Shown in pieces: positions 1 through 8,769 of a stretch of DNA of 64,000 nt. The stretch is taken from IMG/VR virus record IMGVR_UViG_3300048838_000238, positions 1 to 64,000 of that record. One strand, 5' to 3'. The stretch comes from a virus. The first letter of the stretch is position 1, and the number at the start of each line of letters is the position of its first letter. The notes under the pieces are model-generated. The model did not search any database. It saw only the letters and a program-made list of their open reading frames with translations, and was not told where the DNA came from. Both the position numbers and the translations under genes were made by a program.

Positions 1-185
1 CCGAGTTGGACGCGGCACCTCTGTAGCCCGAGTTGGACGCGGCACCGCTGTAGCCCGAGTTGGACGCGGCACCTCTGTAGCCCGAGTTGGACGCGGCACC
101 GCTGTAGCCCGAGTTGGACGCGGCACCTCTGTAGCCCGAGTTGGACGCGGCACCGCTGTAGCCCGAGTTGGACGCGGCACCGCTG
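1..185. repeat. 27-bp coding tandem repeat, about 6.9 copies visible
   Basis: Unit ccgagttggacgcggcacc(t/g)ctgtagc starts at 1, 28, 55, 82, 109, 136 and 163; t/g alternates, giving a 54-bp super-period. Confidence 0.97.
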
Positions 186-589
186 GAGTAATGCTCGATC
201 CACGCATCGCGACCAGAACCAATGAAGTGCATCGCTGCCCACCACGAGCCGCAGAATTCCACCACGCAATCCACTTCGTCCGGTGTGTCAGACGCGACTT
301 TTGACTTTCCTTCAACTTCGATTACCTGCGAAGCTGGCGCAGAAAATACAATCCACTTGCCAGAGTAGTCCGGCTCCTTGCCCTGACCGTTTCCGATTCC
401 CCACGGCCAGCCGACCAGGCCACCCGATTCGCAAGTCGGATTCCGGCTGCAACTCAGTGGCTTTACCGGACCACTTTCCGGCCACGCAAACCCGTTATAT
501 GAAGTGCCGTCCGCATTCACGCACTTCAGGAGCATCACCCGCTCACCGCCGTTCGTCCATTGATGGACTGGGATTTTCTCTTGTGTCAT
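1..589 (-). CDS. Phage protein with C-terminal (GYxGAASNS)n repeats, DUF7666-like; runs off the window edge and is absent from the ORF track
   Basis: ATG at 589 opens MTQEKIPVHQWTNGGERVMLLKCVNADGTSYNGFAWPESG...CESGGLVGWPWG...KWIVF...HYSSGAASNSGYSGAASNSGYRG, with no stop before base 1. Confidence 0.8.
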   Translation of the reverse strand, partial: MTQEKIPVHQWTNGGERVMLLKCVNADGTSYNGFAWPESGPVKPLSCSRNPTCESGGLVGWPWGIGNGQGKEPDYSGKWIVFSAPASQVIEVEGKSKVASDTPDEVDCVVEFCGSWWAAMHFIGSGRDAWIEHYSSGAASNSGYSGAASNSGYRGAASNSGYSGAASNSGYRGAASNSGYSGAASNSGYRGAASNS

Positions 590-635
590 GGATCACTCCG
601 TTGTTTTGAAAATGTCAGCGATACAGAACATGCCA

Positions 636-863
636 CTAACTGGCTTCTACCGGAACCCAGGCTCTCGATTCCGCGAACCATCGTGCTACGCGCACTTCCC
701 GGTACTCGCCGGGTGGCAGGTCCGGATTCTCCAAAGCGACTCGTGGAATCCAAATCGGGCTCACCATCCCGTTATCAACCGGTTTTAGGCCGATGGCCTT
801 AGTTGACGACGACAGGACTGTCTTCATCATCTCTTCGAAGTCGACAGTAACGTACTTGGACAT
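636..863 (-). CDS. Hypothetical protein
   Basis: 75-aa ORF with a GGAGG RBS, directly downstream of the promoter motif at 901-927. Confidence 0.65.
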   Translation of the reverse strand: MSKYVTVDFEEMMKTVLSSSTKAIGLKPVDNGMVSPIWIPRVALENPDLPPGEYREVRVARWFAESRAWVPVEAS

Positions 864-900
864 GGCTTTTACCTCCGGTTGAGTTGTGTTCTCTACCAGG

Positions 901-937
901 TATTCGCCGCCGCGTGGACTATATTGGAGTGATATAG
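901..937 (-). promoter_or_regulatory. Sigma28-like promoter (CCAA-N15-GGCGAATA) with palindrome 919-937 over the -35
   Basis: tattcgcc at 901, ttgg at 924, ctatatt-ggagt-gatatag at 919-937. Confidence 0.75.
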
Positions 938-938
938 G

Positions 939-1493
939 CTAAAAATCTAGCAGAAATTCGCGGAGCAAGTCCAGTAGGCGCGGTTCGTCTGAATGGCGAT
1001 CGTTCCACGGGCGCGGCGCGAGCCAGACGCGGCCACCGAATCTCTGGAATTCTCGACAGTTTCCAGCGTAGTCGTCGATCAGCAGCGACTCGGGAGAAGC
1101 ACAGAACCACTTCGGAGGCGCGCCGGCGCGGCTCCTGCAACTCAGCAGCACCGGGATCTCGGGGTAGTGCCGCTCGGCCCAGGCCCGCTTTCCGTCGGCG
1201 CAGCCCTGATACTTGGTCGGAGAAGTCAGAAAGCAGACGCCGTCCTTGCCGAACGTCCGCAGTGCCAGATCTACGATCCGATCGGCTTCCTCGGTCTTTG
1301 GCAGACCGGCCCAGAAGTCTTGATCCAGCGGCCCCCAGAATGTTTCAGAGTCCATGCCAACCAGCGGACACGGATCATAGACGAGTTCGCCGCGATGTCC
1401 TCCGACTCGATACGGACACGGCAGCTTGTGAAACTCGCTTGCGCCGCGCATCACGTCCGCGACTACGCCGTCCATGTCAAGCAAGCATTTCAT
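939..1493 (-). CDS. HAD-family 5'(3')-deoxyribonucleotidase-like protein
   Basis: N-terminal LDMDGVVAD, central FLTSP, LLIDD and RPWN motifs. Confidence 0.8.
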   Translation of the reverse strand: MKCLLDMDGVVADVMRGASEFHKLPCPYRVGGHRGELVYDPCPLVGMDSETFWGPLDQDFWAGLPKTEEADRIVDLALRTFGKDGVCFLTSPTKYQGCADGKRAWAERHYPEIPVLLSCRSRAGAPPKWFCASPESLLIDDYAGNCREFQRFGGRVWLAPRPWNDRHSDEPRLLDLLREFLLDF

Positions 1494-1496
1494 CGG

Positions 1497-1943
1497 CTAC
1501 TCCGTTGTCGGCGGTGGTTCCGGCGGTGCCGGGGCGGCGACTGACTCGAATGGGAACAACCGGGGATCGAAAGGAATGTCCAGGAGTTCAGCAGGTAGCT
1601 TACCTTCTTTGACCCAGATTGTGGTCTGAATCGCGCAGGCGACATTCCACATCGCCATCGGCAAGTGCGGCTCGTCTTGCCAACCAGAGACTGCCTTGGC
1701 AAGGTGCCGCGAAGCGCTGTCGAGATAGCGAGAAATCGGGATACCGGCTTCCCAGTTACGGTCGCCGTACTTCAGACAGCCGGTTTCGTAGACGCAGGCC
1801 AGTTGATGCAACGCGCCGTAGGGTACGAGGTCGAAGCGGCCTTTGCCTAACTGGACGTCGCGTACCGCGCCGGTGCCGAACTCTTGCCGCTCGCCTGAAT
1901 CCTTGAACTGCATCGCGAGAACAGCCGCCTCTAATTCCGTCAT
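1497..1943 (-). CDS. dATP/dGTP diphosphohydrolase-like protein (DUF5664)
   Basis: DSGERQEFGTGAVRD...KGRFDLVP...GCLKYGDRNWEAGIP...SASRHL...HL; start placed at 1943 because of an ATGA overlap. Confidence 0.8.
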   Translation of the reverse strand: MTELEAAVLAMQFKDSGERQEFGTGAVRDVQLGKGRFDLVPYGALHQLACVYETGCLKYGDRNWEAGIPISRYLDSASRHLAKAVSGWQDEPHLPMAMWNVACAIQTTIWVKEGKLPAELLDIPFDPRLFPFESVAAPAPPEPPPTTE

Positions 1944-2065
1944 GTCCCAAGTTCCACCATCCAAAGTTGAATCAGCACAGTTGCCAAGATGAATATAGCA
2001 AGCCCTTGCGGAGTGATCGGCGGCAGCCGTCCGCAGTCGTCCGTCACAATTAAATCCACCGTCAT
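1940..2065 (-). CDS. 41-aa single-pass membrane peptide (not in the ORF track)
   Basis: MTVDLIVTDDCGRLPPITPQGLAIFILATVLIQLWMVELGT; ATGA overlaps with both neighbouring genes. Confidence 0.6.
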   Translation of the reverse strand: MTVDLIVTDDCGRLPPITPQGLAIFILATVLIQLWMVELGT

Positions 2066-3222
2066 CGCAGCGCCTCGACATTCACTGTCGTGCGGGCGCA
2101 CTCGCCGTGATCGCGATTAAAGACGATGCTGCAAATGTCCCGTGGCGAACGGTAGCCAGCACCGTGCGCATAATTGTCGCCGGGGATCAGCGTCCGAAAG
2201 CTCTCGATCTTTTGCGAGCCAATGTCTTTGCGAGTGTCATGGTGGACATGCCCGGTCAGCCACCGTCGATGCTTGCACCGGCCCCACGCTTCGGCCTTGT
2301 CTTCGCACATCACTCGATACAACGCTTCCGGCTTGCACTGGTGTCCGTGGTGAATGCCGATGAGATTCTGCCCGAATTCGTACCAGTGAAAAACGTCAGG
2401 GGAAGTGTCTACGGTTAGTCGAGGATCTCGGCTGTAATAGCCCTCGATGACCATACTCAGCATGATTGAGGTCTGGTCGTCGTGATTGCCGATCTCATTG
2501 ATGACGTGGACTTTCTTGTGCTTCTCCAACGCGCGGTCGATCAGATACCGCATGATGGTGACGCCGACGCGAGTCACCTTGGCCCACCGCGTATCGACGT
2601 CCAAGTGGTGACCGCTCCGGCGAGTCAGATTCTCAGTCGTGTCCGTGTGGAACCAATCGCCAAGATTTACGATCAGCGCCTGATCGGCAGCGGGAGTTGC
2701 TGCCAATACTTGGTCGAACCCGTTTGTCATCAACTGAGTTGCGATCTTCAGGTCGTAATCTTCTCCAGCATCTTCATCCCAGCAGTAGAGCCCGATATGG
2801 GCATCGCCGATCGGATAGACCGCCAACTTATCTTTGACCGTCACCTTCGGCTGCTTTGATCGTTTGGCCGGCTTCACCGACTGGCAGATCGAAGTGGCCA
2901 GTTCTTCGGAGAAGATCTTCAGCCGGTCTTGATCGGCGGTCGTCTTCACCCATTGGAGCTTCTGGACGCCGTCTGCGTCGTACAGCGTCGAAGTGCCTTT
3001 GACGTAGTGCGTCTCGGGACACATCTTCGTCATGTCGTGCTCTGGCGACCAGCCTTGCAGTGCTGCCTTTTTCTTCACCGCCGCGTAGTGCCGATGAGCT
3101 GCCGCCTTGTCGATGCCCAGCTTCTTGCCGATCTGTGCGTAACTCATCACGCCGACCAGAGCACACACTTCGCGTTGCCGCTCCGTGGTGGCGAAGTCAC
3201 TCAGATCGCTGACGGCTGCCAT
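2062..3222 (-). CDS. Calcineurin-like metallophosphoesterase with N-terminal HTH
   Basis: GDAHIG, LGDWFH, GNHD, HHGH and GHVHH motifs; N-terminal SYAQIGKKLGIDKAAAHRH. Confidence 0.85.
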   Translation of the reverse strand: MAAVSDLSDFATTERQREVCALVGVMSYAQIGKKLGIDKAAAHRHYAAVKKKAALQGWSPEHDMTKMCPETHYVKGTSTLYDADGVQKLQWVKTTADQDRLKIFSEELATSICQSVKPAKRSKQPKVTVKDKLAVYPIGDAHIGLYCWDEDAGEDYDLKIATQLMTNGFDQVLAATPAADQALIVNLGDWFHTDTTENLTRRSGHHLDVDTRWAKVTRVGVTIMRYLIDRALEKHKKVHVINEIGNHDDQTSIMLSMVIEGYYSRDPRLTVDTSPDVFHWYEFGQNLIGIHHGHQCKPEALYRVMCEDKAEAWGRCKHRRWLTGHVHHDTRKDIGSQKIESFRTLIPGDNYAHGAGYRSPRDICSIVFNRDHGECARTTVNVEALR

Positions 3223-3252
3223 ACTGCTGATTCCGTTCAGGTCGGGGGGTCG

Positions 3253-3555
3253 TCACTCTTGCTTCGCGGCTTGCTTCGTGTTCGTGTAGCCGAGCCGGGT
3301 CAATGCGCGAGCCATGTCCTTCGCTACTCCTCCGACCCATTCTTCGCTGCGGTGCCAATCAGCAGCATGTAGCATCTCGTGGAGCAACACTTCTAGTTGG
3401 TCCTCTCCACGCAGTCCGGATAATACTCGCAGTGATTTATTGATCGCTTCGGGAGGGTCGCAATCGCCGCGTTTTGGATCCTCCGCAGATCCCAAAGTCG
3501 GCACAAATCGCAGCGACCAAAACTTTCCGAGTATCCTGATCCTCATGCGAAACAC
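3253..3555 (-). CDS. Small HExxH metallopeptidase-like protein
   Basis: EVLLHEMLHAA motif. Confidence 0.55.
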   Translation of the reverse strand: MFRMRIRILGKFWSLRFVPTLGSAEDPKRGDCDPPEAINKSLRVLSGLRGEDQLEVLLHEMLHAADWHRSEEWVGGVAKDMARALTRLGYTNTKQAAKQE

Positions 3556-3575
3556 CTCGCCACGGCAGGATGCGA

Positions 3576-3935
3576 CTATGTGCTCTGTTCGTTTCTTAGG
3601 ACGCTCTGCATTCTGTCGAGATGAGCGCGAACTTGCTCGCGACGTTCTTCGGGAGTCATTTCCTCTAGCGCCCTAGCAAGATGCCCGGCGGCTTGATGCT
3701 GTCGGGCGTTATGCTCGCCGTCCGCCGCCACCTGACGGCTGATATCATTCAGCACAAACGTGTTCATCGTTTGCGTCTGAATCGAATGGTCCATCATGGT
3801 GTTCTGTTTAGAAAACCACGTCGGGATGTACTTCAGGCAGATAAAGAGGAATACGACGAACAGCGACCATAGGGGCGCGTCTTCGCGCAAGAACGATGTC
3901 CACGAGAACGGGTCGACTCCTGCGAGTATGAACAT
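3576..3935 (-). CDS. Single-TM membrane protein, holin candidate
   Basis: TM segment PLWSLFVVFLFICLKYI followed by a helical tail; lies at the end of the peptidase cassette. Confidence 0.5.
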   Translation of the reverse strand: MFILAGVDPFSWTSFLREDAPLWSLFVVFLFICLKYIPTWFSKQNTMMDHSIQTQTMNTFVLNDISRQVAADGEHNARQHQAAGHLARALEEMTPEERREQVRAHLDRMQSVLRNEQST

Positions 3936-3975
3936 TGGCGCTGCCTCGTATCTGCCTTTAGAGTTGAGCGATTGA

Positions 3976-4455
3976 TTACCGGCGTCGCCCGAACAGACGG
4001 CCGAGAATTGGGAAGCGGTTTCCTGGTCCTCGGTTGGCAAAGAACCTCCGCTGGCCGCTACTGGACGAATTGGGTGTTACGACAATTCGCCGTCCGAACA
4101 AGCCTCGTCGAACCTGCGATTTCCCAGCATACGATGACCGCGAGACTACTCCGCAACTCCCAGACGTACAAACCGCATCGCTTCGCATGTTCACGAACTG
4201 CGTATCAACCGGACCATCGATCGGCACGAACTTGCCTTGGTCCGTGATACTTGGGCTCGCGGCCTTCGGTTCGGCAAGTCGCTGCTCGATCGACTCCAGC
4301 CTCTCCAAGATTTGCAGCATTGCAGCCGATCCAGCCGAGTCTTCGGATGCGAACGTCGGCTGTGATGCAGCTTGCGTTTCGGTGGACTGATCCTGCGACA
4401 GGAAGTGCGCTCCGAACATCGAAGCACAGACGGCAAGGATTGCAAAGTTTCTCAT
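3976..4455 (-). CDS. Secreted low-complexity protein
   Basis: Signal peptide MRNFAILAVCASMFGA, short coiled coil, CTSGSC, Arg-rich RRGLFGRR tail. Confidence 0.6.
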   Translation of the reverse strand: MRNFAILAVCASMFGAHFLSQDQSTETQAASQPTFASEDSAGSAAMLQILERLESIEQRLAEPKAASPSITDQGKFVPIDGPVDTQFVNMRSDAVCTSGSCGVVSRSSYAGKSQVRRGLFGRRIVVTPNSSSSGQRRFFANRGPGNRFPILGRLFGRRR

Positions 4456-4507
4456 CAGTTCAGGTTCTCCAAGGGCTAAATTTAGTTGACCGGATAGACG
4501 CGACTAA

Positions 4508-6550
4508 TTATGCAGCCACTCCAAGTCCATCCAGTTGCAAGAACTGCTCTTTCGTCAATAGAGTGACTCCAGCTTGGCTTCCGCACGGCTCCCACGGCTT
4601 GGCAAGATTCGGTGGCAGCATAACCTCACGGCAGCACCACGCGCCGCCTGTGCCCATCTTCCCTGGCGAGTCGTAAAGATAACCATCTTCCCCACGTCCG
4701 TGGCCGTATGAGTCGAGATACTTGCAGATCGCTTGGTTCTTATTCCAAACCGCCTGCAAGCCTGCGATTGAATGCCCGCTACGTCCGTAGCAAACTCCCC
4801 AACCACGAATCAGCGCGGACACGAATTGCTCGTACGATTCGATCGCGTACCATTCCACAACCGTGAACCATTGAGCGATGTCTTCCCAGCCAGCCTTAAA
4901 GTAACTTCGCCCGTTCCCGGAAATGAACGGCGTATTTTGGTGAACGCAGAAGTCACCGAACATCGCAATGTTACGCGGGTTCTTCTCGGGGAGCTGGCCA
5001 TTCCCGCGAACGCCAGCCTTGAGGATCTGCAAGGCACCCCACATCGTTGATCCGCTACCACGGCGAGTCGTTACGCGACAGTAGCTCGACATCGGCGAGC
5101 ACTTGACGGACCACTTCTCGCCGATCTGCTTGTTGCGCATCGTATCGCGGACAACTTCCGCAGCGTTATGCACGCAGTTATGAACTCCAATCCCCTCGGC
5201 AACGTAGGAGTTGTCGCCTTCCACTTCCATGTTATAGACGTCGCCCGTGAATGCTTCCGTTTCAACGGATCGAACTCGTCTCCACACATGCTTGTCTTCG
5301 CGACGAAAGAATCGACCGTTGCCGACATCCTTTTTTCTCGGTGTCTTCCTGAACATGACGTCCCATCGCGGAAGTCGTTTCTTGACACCATGACTTGCCT
5401 TTGGATTCGACAAGCGAATCTGAGGATTGTAACCAAGGGCGTTTGCGATATCCCACATTGCCAACGCTAGATCGCGAGACACCGTGACACCCTGCCAATT
5501 GTCGTCGTAAGTTCGGTCGTGACCGTCTCCTGACATCCAGCCAAACAGCAGCGACTCGACGAATTCGGCTGGGCCGCTAAGCAAGTCCGCGTGGGGCTTC
5601 TTATTTCCAGCGCCACCGGGACCACATAGCGACTCAAATAGCCTAGCCCATTGAGTGCCTTGAACATGAACTTTACATGTGTTGGCACACTCGCGAATTT
5701 GAATCCGCCCTTCTACGCCCCACGCATCTCGCAGTAAATCCACCAGTTCTTGCGCCAAAGTGTCACGTTCTGTGATCGAGAACGTCCACGTAACCTGACC
5801 CTTATTTGTCGATCCCTCAGATAAGAACAGGCCGAAGATTCTCCCTGCGGCTGCGTCCAATGAAATCAAGTCGGGAACAACGTGCTTTGTGTACTCGATG
5901 CACGTCTTATCTTTCGCAAGAGGGCCTGTGTTGAATTTCCTTTTCCCGTACGTTTCCCTCGTCGCATAATGACGCTTCAGAACGGTCAGATGCGCAGACG
6001 TCTGCAAGACGCTACTCGACACAGGCAAGTAACGAGGTATGGCAACAAAGTCACCAGACTTGATGTCACCAGCCTTAACGTATCCATGATCCGTTAACAC
6101 CGGATGTTCCTTGGTCATCTTCAATCCGCGATGACCAAAAAGCTTCATATTTACCAGCTCTTTTGGTTCATGCCTGATGAACAGATGAGTGACGCGGCCG
6201 ATGTTCCTTTCGGCAGTCAACACCTTCTCTCCAAGCCTGATTTCGTCGATCGGCTTGTTCGATCCGTCCGCCATTCGAACGCGAGTTCCCTTCGGAAAGC
6301 AGCTTGACTCCGGGGCCTGATTGTTCCGCGCCTTGCGGAAAAACGGCAACGCGGTTTTCTCACGCTCCGCCTGCTCGATGCGGTCTTTCCATTCGTCACG
6401 AGGCACGAGCCAGTCTGAACTGAAACTCGGCGCGGCCGACATTTCGGCTGGGTCGATGATGAGCCCGCAAAAACCTGGGATGGCCTTTGCGTCCCGATCA
6501 AAGTCGACGTCAATCAGATTCGGATTGACTTGGAATAAATCAATTGCCAT
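4508..6550 (-). CDS. Papain-like (C1) cysteine peptidase interrupted by an intein
   Basis: Spliced extein reads NQAPESS/CVHNA (Q..SC motif), with SGHSIAG (His) and LDSYG (NSWG equivalent). Confidence 0.8.
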   Translation of the reverse strand: MAIDLFQVNPNLIDVDFDRDAKAIPGFCGLIIDPAEMSAAPSFSSDWLVPRDEWKDRIEQAEREKTALPFFRKARNNQAPESSCFPKGTRVRMADGSNKPIDEIRLGEKVLTAERNIGRVTHLFIRHEPKELVNMKLFGHRGLKMTKEHPVLTDHGYVKAGDIKSGDFVAIPRYLPVSSSVLQTSAHLTVLKRHYATRETYGKRKFNTGPLAKDKTCIEYTKHVVPDLISLDAAAGRIFGLFLSEGSTNKGQVTWTFSITERDTLAQELVDLLRDAWGVEGRIQIRECANTCKVHVQGTQWARLFESLCGPGGAGNKKPHADLLSGPAEFVESLLFGWMSGDGHDRTYDDNWQGVTVSRDLALAMWDIANALGYNPQIRLSNPKASHGVKKRLPRWDVMFRKTPRKKDVGNGRFFRREDKHVWRRVRSVETEAFTGDVYNMEVEGDNSYVAEGIGVHNCVHNAAEVVRDTMRNKQIGEKWSVKCSPMSSYCRVTTRRGSGSTMWGALQILKAGVRGNGQLPEKNPRNIAMFGDFCVHQNTPFISGNGRSYFKAGWEDIAQWFTVVEWYAIESYEQFVSALIRGWGVCYGRSGHSIAGLQAVWNKNQAICKYLDSYGHGRGEDGYLYDSPGKMGTGGAWCCREVMLPPNLAKPWEPCGSQAGVTLLTKEQFLQLDGLGVAA
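5177..6301 (-). mobile_element. 375-aa intein with LAGLIDADG homing endonuclease
   Basis: Block A CFPKGTRVRMADG, block B MTKEHPV, endonuclease motifs FGLFLSEGS and LFGWMSGDG, block F VYNMEVEG, block G GIGVHN/C. Confidence 0.95.
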
Positions 6551-6941
6551 TTACCCACCCCACCATTTCTTCGCTTTTTGCAGGCATGGCGACGGAACGC
6601 AAAACAGCGCCGGTGTCGCCAATAAGAACAATCGCCTTGCCGCCGTACTTTTTGGATTCATCGACGATCGCCGGACCTTGCTCTATGGAGCCAATCGACT
6701 CTGGCGTGTCGTCGATCTTGACCACGACGTCATACTTTTGGCGAAGGATCTCAGTCGCTTTCGTGACTTCAACGTCCAAGTCGATGTCCGGCGCGTCGTT
6801 TTCCAATACAAACGCCACGATTGACACAGACTCAGGACCGACGCTCGGCCACGGCATATCAATCCGATCGGTCTGTACCGCCCAAGTGCCGGTCCATAGC
6901 AGGATCAGCAACAGGACGATCAGGTTGTTACGGTTTAGCAC
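6540..6941 (-). CDS. Membrane-anchored or secreted protein coupled to the peptidase gene
   Basis: N-terminal TM LIVLLLILLW; overlaps both neighbours. Confidence 0.65.
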   Translation of the reverse strand: MLNRNNLIVLLLILLWTGTWAVQTDRIDMPWPSVGPESVSIVAFVLENDAPDIDLDVEVTKATEILRQKYDVVVKIDDTPESIGSIEQGPAIVDESKKYGGKAIVLIGDTGAVLRSVAMPAKSEEMVGWVNGN

Positions 6942-7419
6942 GCTTCACCTTTCCGACTTGCACGCCGTTCTCGTTCACGACCACGGAAATATCGAAGTCT
7001 GGGTGCGCTACCGCCACGGCGTTCGCGCAGGCCACGAGGCTGGCAATGTCGCTGTGATGCTCTACAGGATCGATCAGCTCGTCGAGATCCGGCCCCGGCG
7101 CGATCGGAGACGTCGGCAGCGACAGCAGCGACAAGATGTAAGTGATCAGGTCTTGCGGCGACTTCGGTTCAGTGACAGGCGCAGGCAAAGGTTCATCCGG
7201 TGACACCGGCGGCGGCTTGCGTAGCAACTGATCCAACAGACTCGGCAGGAGCTTCAACAGATCGGTCGGCAACGGGTTCGTTGTTGGACTGGTTGTCGAT
7301 GGCTTCAGCACGTTCAGGATGTTCTGCAAAACCGTCTTGTCGTTCGTCGGCTTGGCGAACAGCCCTAGGATTACCGTGCCGATAAGCGGCACCGCGTAAG
7401 TGCTCAATAGAGACAACAT
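6928..7419 (-). CDS. Pro-rich membrane protein
   Basis: N-terminal TM, Pro/Thr-rich linker, AGGAAGGA RBS. Confidence 0.6.
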   Translation of the reverse strand: MLSLLSTYAVPLIGTVILGLFAKPTNDKTVLQNILNVLKPSTTSPTTNPLPTDLLKLLPSLLDQLLRKPPPVSPDEPLPAPVTEPKSPQDLITYILSLLSLPTSPIAPGPDLDELIDPVEHHSDIASLVACANAVAVAHPDFDISVVVNENGVQVGKVKRAKP

Positions 7420-7509
7420 CTGTCAGGTTCCTTCCTTGTCGCGGTCACGCCGCGAAGTGCGTTACGCTGCGCTCCGTGCAGCCATCTTCCTACTTGTTGA
7501 GTGCCATCC

Positions 7510-7809
7510 CTAAACGGTGATCCCGCGAGCCCGGAACAGTGCCTTGACGGCTCCCGGAATCTGGGCGCGAAGGAACGGATCGATGATGCTCCGCTCGATG
7601 AACTCGGGGATGTACGGCAGATCGATAATGACCGCGAAGTGATCGAAGGCTTGCTCGGCAGCCGAGACCAGCGGCGCATAGTCGCTGGCATCCAGATTGC
7701 CGTCCGCCAAGACTTCGGCGACCACCTCCCACAACGATCCGACGTTGAGAATTCCTGCCTCCTGGACACGCCCCTTGAGTCGATCCTGGAGCGATTCGAA
7801 TAGATTCAT
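7510..7809 (-). CDS. Hypothetical protein, first gene of the peptidase cassette
   Basis: 99-aa ORF with an IDLPYIPEFIE motif. Confidence 0.6.
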   Translation of the reverse strand: MNLFESLQDRLKGRVQEAGILNVGSLWEVVAEVLADGNLDASDYAPLVSAAEQAFDHFAVIIDLPYIPEFIERSIIDPFLRAQIPGAVKALFRARGITV

Positions 7810-7893
7810 CTTGAATTCCGTTTCGTGATGTGCTGCGTATTTCCTGCGAAATCACTGTGCAATCATCACGATACCAGCCGAATGCGGTGGTGG

Positions 7894-7912
7894 TTATATC
7901 GGCGCGATATAA
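7894..7912. promoter_or_regulatory. Palindromic operator-like site with no adjacent promoter motif
   Basis: ttatatc-ggcgc-gatataa. Confidence 0.65.
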
Positions 7913-8073
7913 GCCCTTTGGATACCGCAGTTTCGGTGCGGTCGGATGGCGCGATCAGTGCCCGTGGATCGCGAGATTTCTATTGCGGCGCAACGGTTAG
8001 CAGCCAAATAGCTTGAGTTTCTGCCACTTCTCGGAGTAAATCCGCATCATCGCGGTGGACCCATCCGCCGCCG

Positions 8074-8496
8074 TTATTCATCGTCATCGTAGTGTTTTGC
8101 CATTTCTGCCACGATTCGATCGCTCGCCAGATACCGTCTGAGGTCGGCTTTGATATCGGACTGGTCGGCCAGCCATGTCAGGTACGACAACGGGATGTCG
8201 CTGAACTTAGCGCCCTTATGCGTGCCGAACGTGCATTCTCGCTGTTCGAATGCCTTGCTTTCTGCGTCGGTCATTTTGGCTTGCCGCTCGGACTGCGGCG
8301 CTGGCGTCTCCACGGTTGATCCGATCTTCTCAGCGATCTTGGCGGCCAGAAGGCTCCAAAACCGCGTCACGAACTCGGGGGTGCCGATCGCTTCCGCGCA
8401 CTCGCTTTCGGCAAACGCAAATATCTCGTCCGCCAGTATGCGAGACCGGATGCGTTCGACAGTGATGCTGGTAGGTTCAGTTTCGATCTGTGCCAT
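8074..8496 (-). CDS. Hypothetical protein with DUF3820-like C-terminal motif
   Basis: FGTHKGAKFSDIPLSYLTWL. Confidence 0.65.
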   Translation of the reverse strand: MAQIETEPTSITVERIRSRILADEIFAFAESECAEAIGTPEFVTRFWSLLAAKIAEKIGSTVETPAPQSERQAKMTDAESKAFEQRECTFGTHKGAKFSDIPLSYLTWLADQSDIKADLRRYLASDRIVAEMAKHYDDDE

Positions 8497-8499
8497 AGT

Positions 8500-8763
8500 T
8501 CAGTATCCTCGTTCCTTCAGCCATTCGATTTCAGCGGCCAGCGCCTCGGATCTCAGACCGAACGGACCAAGAACTACTCCCGGTTCAACCGGTGAAAGAT
8601 CAGCGGTCCAGCCGCCTCCGACCGCTGGTTCAACATGCGACACGCGCCGAACAGACGCTCGACCTAAGTTCAGAAGTTCCGACAATTCGTCTGAGTAGAT
8701 GAACTGCAATTGGCCGTTTTCGTCGATCACTAGGTCGTGGGATTTTATGGCGGTTGTTGTCAT
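8500..8763 (-). CDS. Conserved small protein that I recall accompanying DUF1257/DUF2997/AAA clusters
   Basis: IYSDEL..LG.ASVRRVSHVEP..GWTADLSPV..VLGPF..RSEALAAEIEWL. Confidence 0.65.
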   Translation of the reverse strand: MTTTAIKSHDLVIDENGQLQFIYSDELSELLNLGRASVRRVSHVEPAVGGGWTADLSPVEPGVVLGPFGLRSEALAAEIEWLKERGY

Positions 8764-8769
8764 GGAAGT

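Noticed and set aside
1-185. 27-bp repeats as a CRISPR array
   Set aside because: The repeats are contiguous with no spacers, the unit is a multiple of 3, and they lie in frame within a CDS.
1497-2081. ORF-track start at 2081 for the DUF5664-like gene
   Set aside because: A small ORF at 1940-2065 with ATGA overlaps at both ends explains the interval better; the start is placed at 1943.
5162-5173. Second VHN as the intein C-terminus
   Set aside because: It is followed by Ala rather than Cys/Ser/Thr, and splicing there would remove the catalytic Cys.
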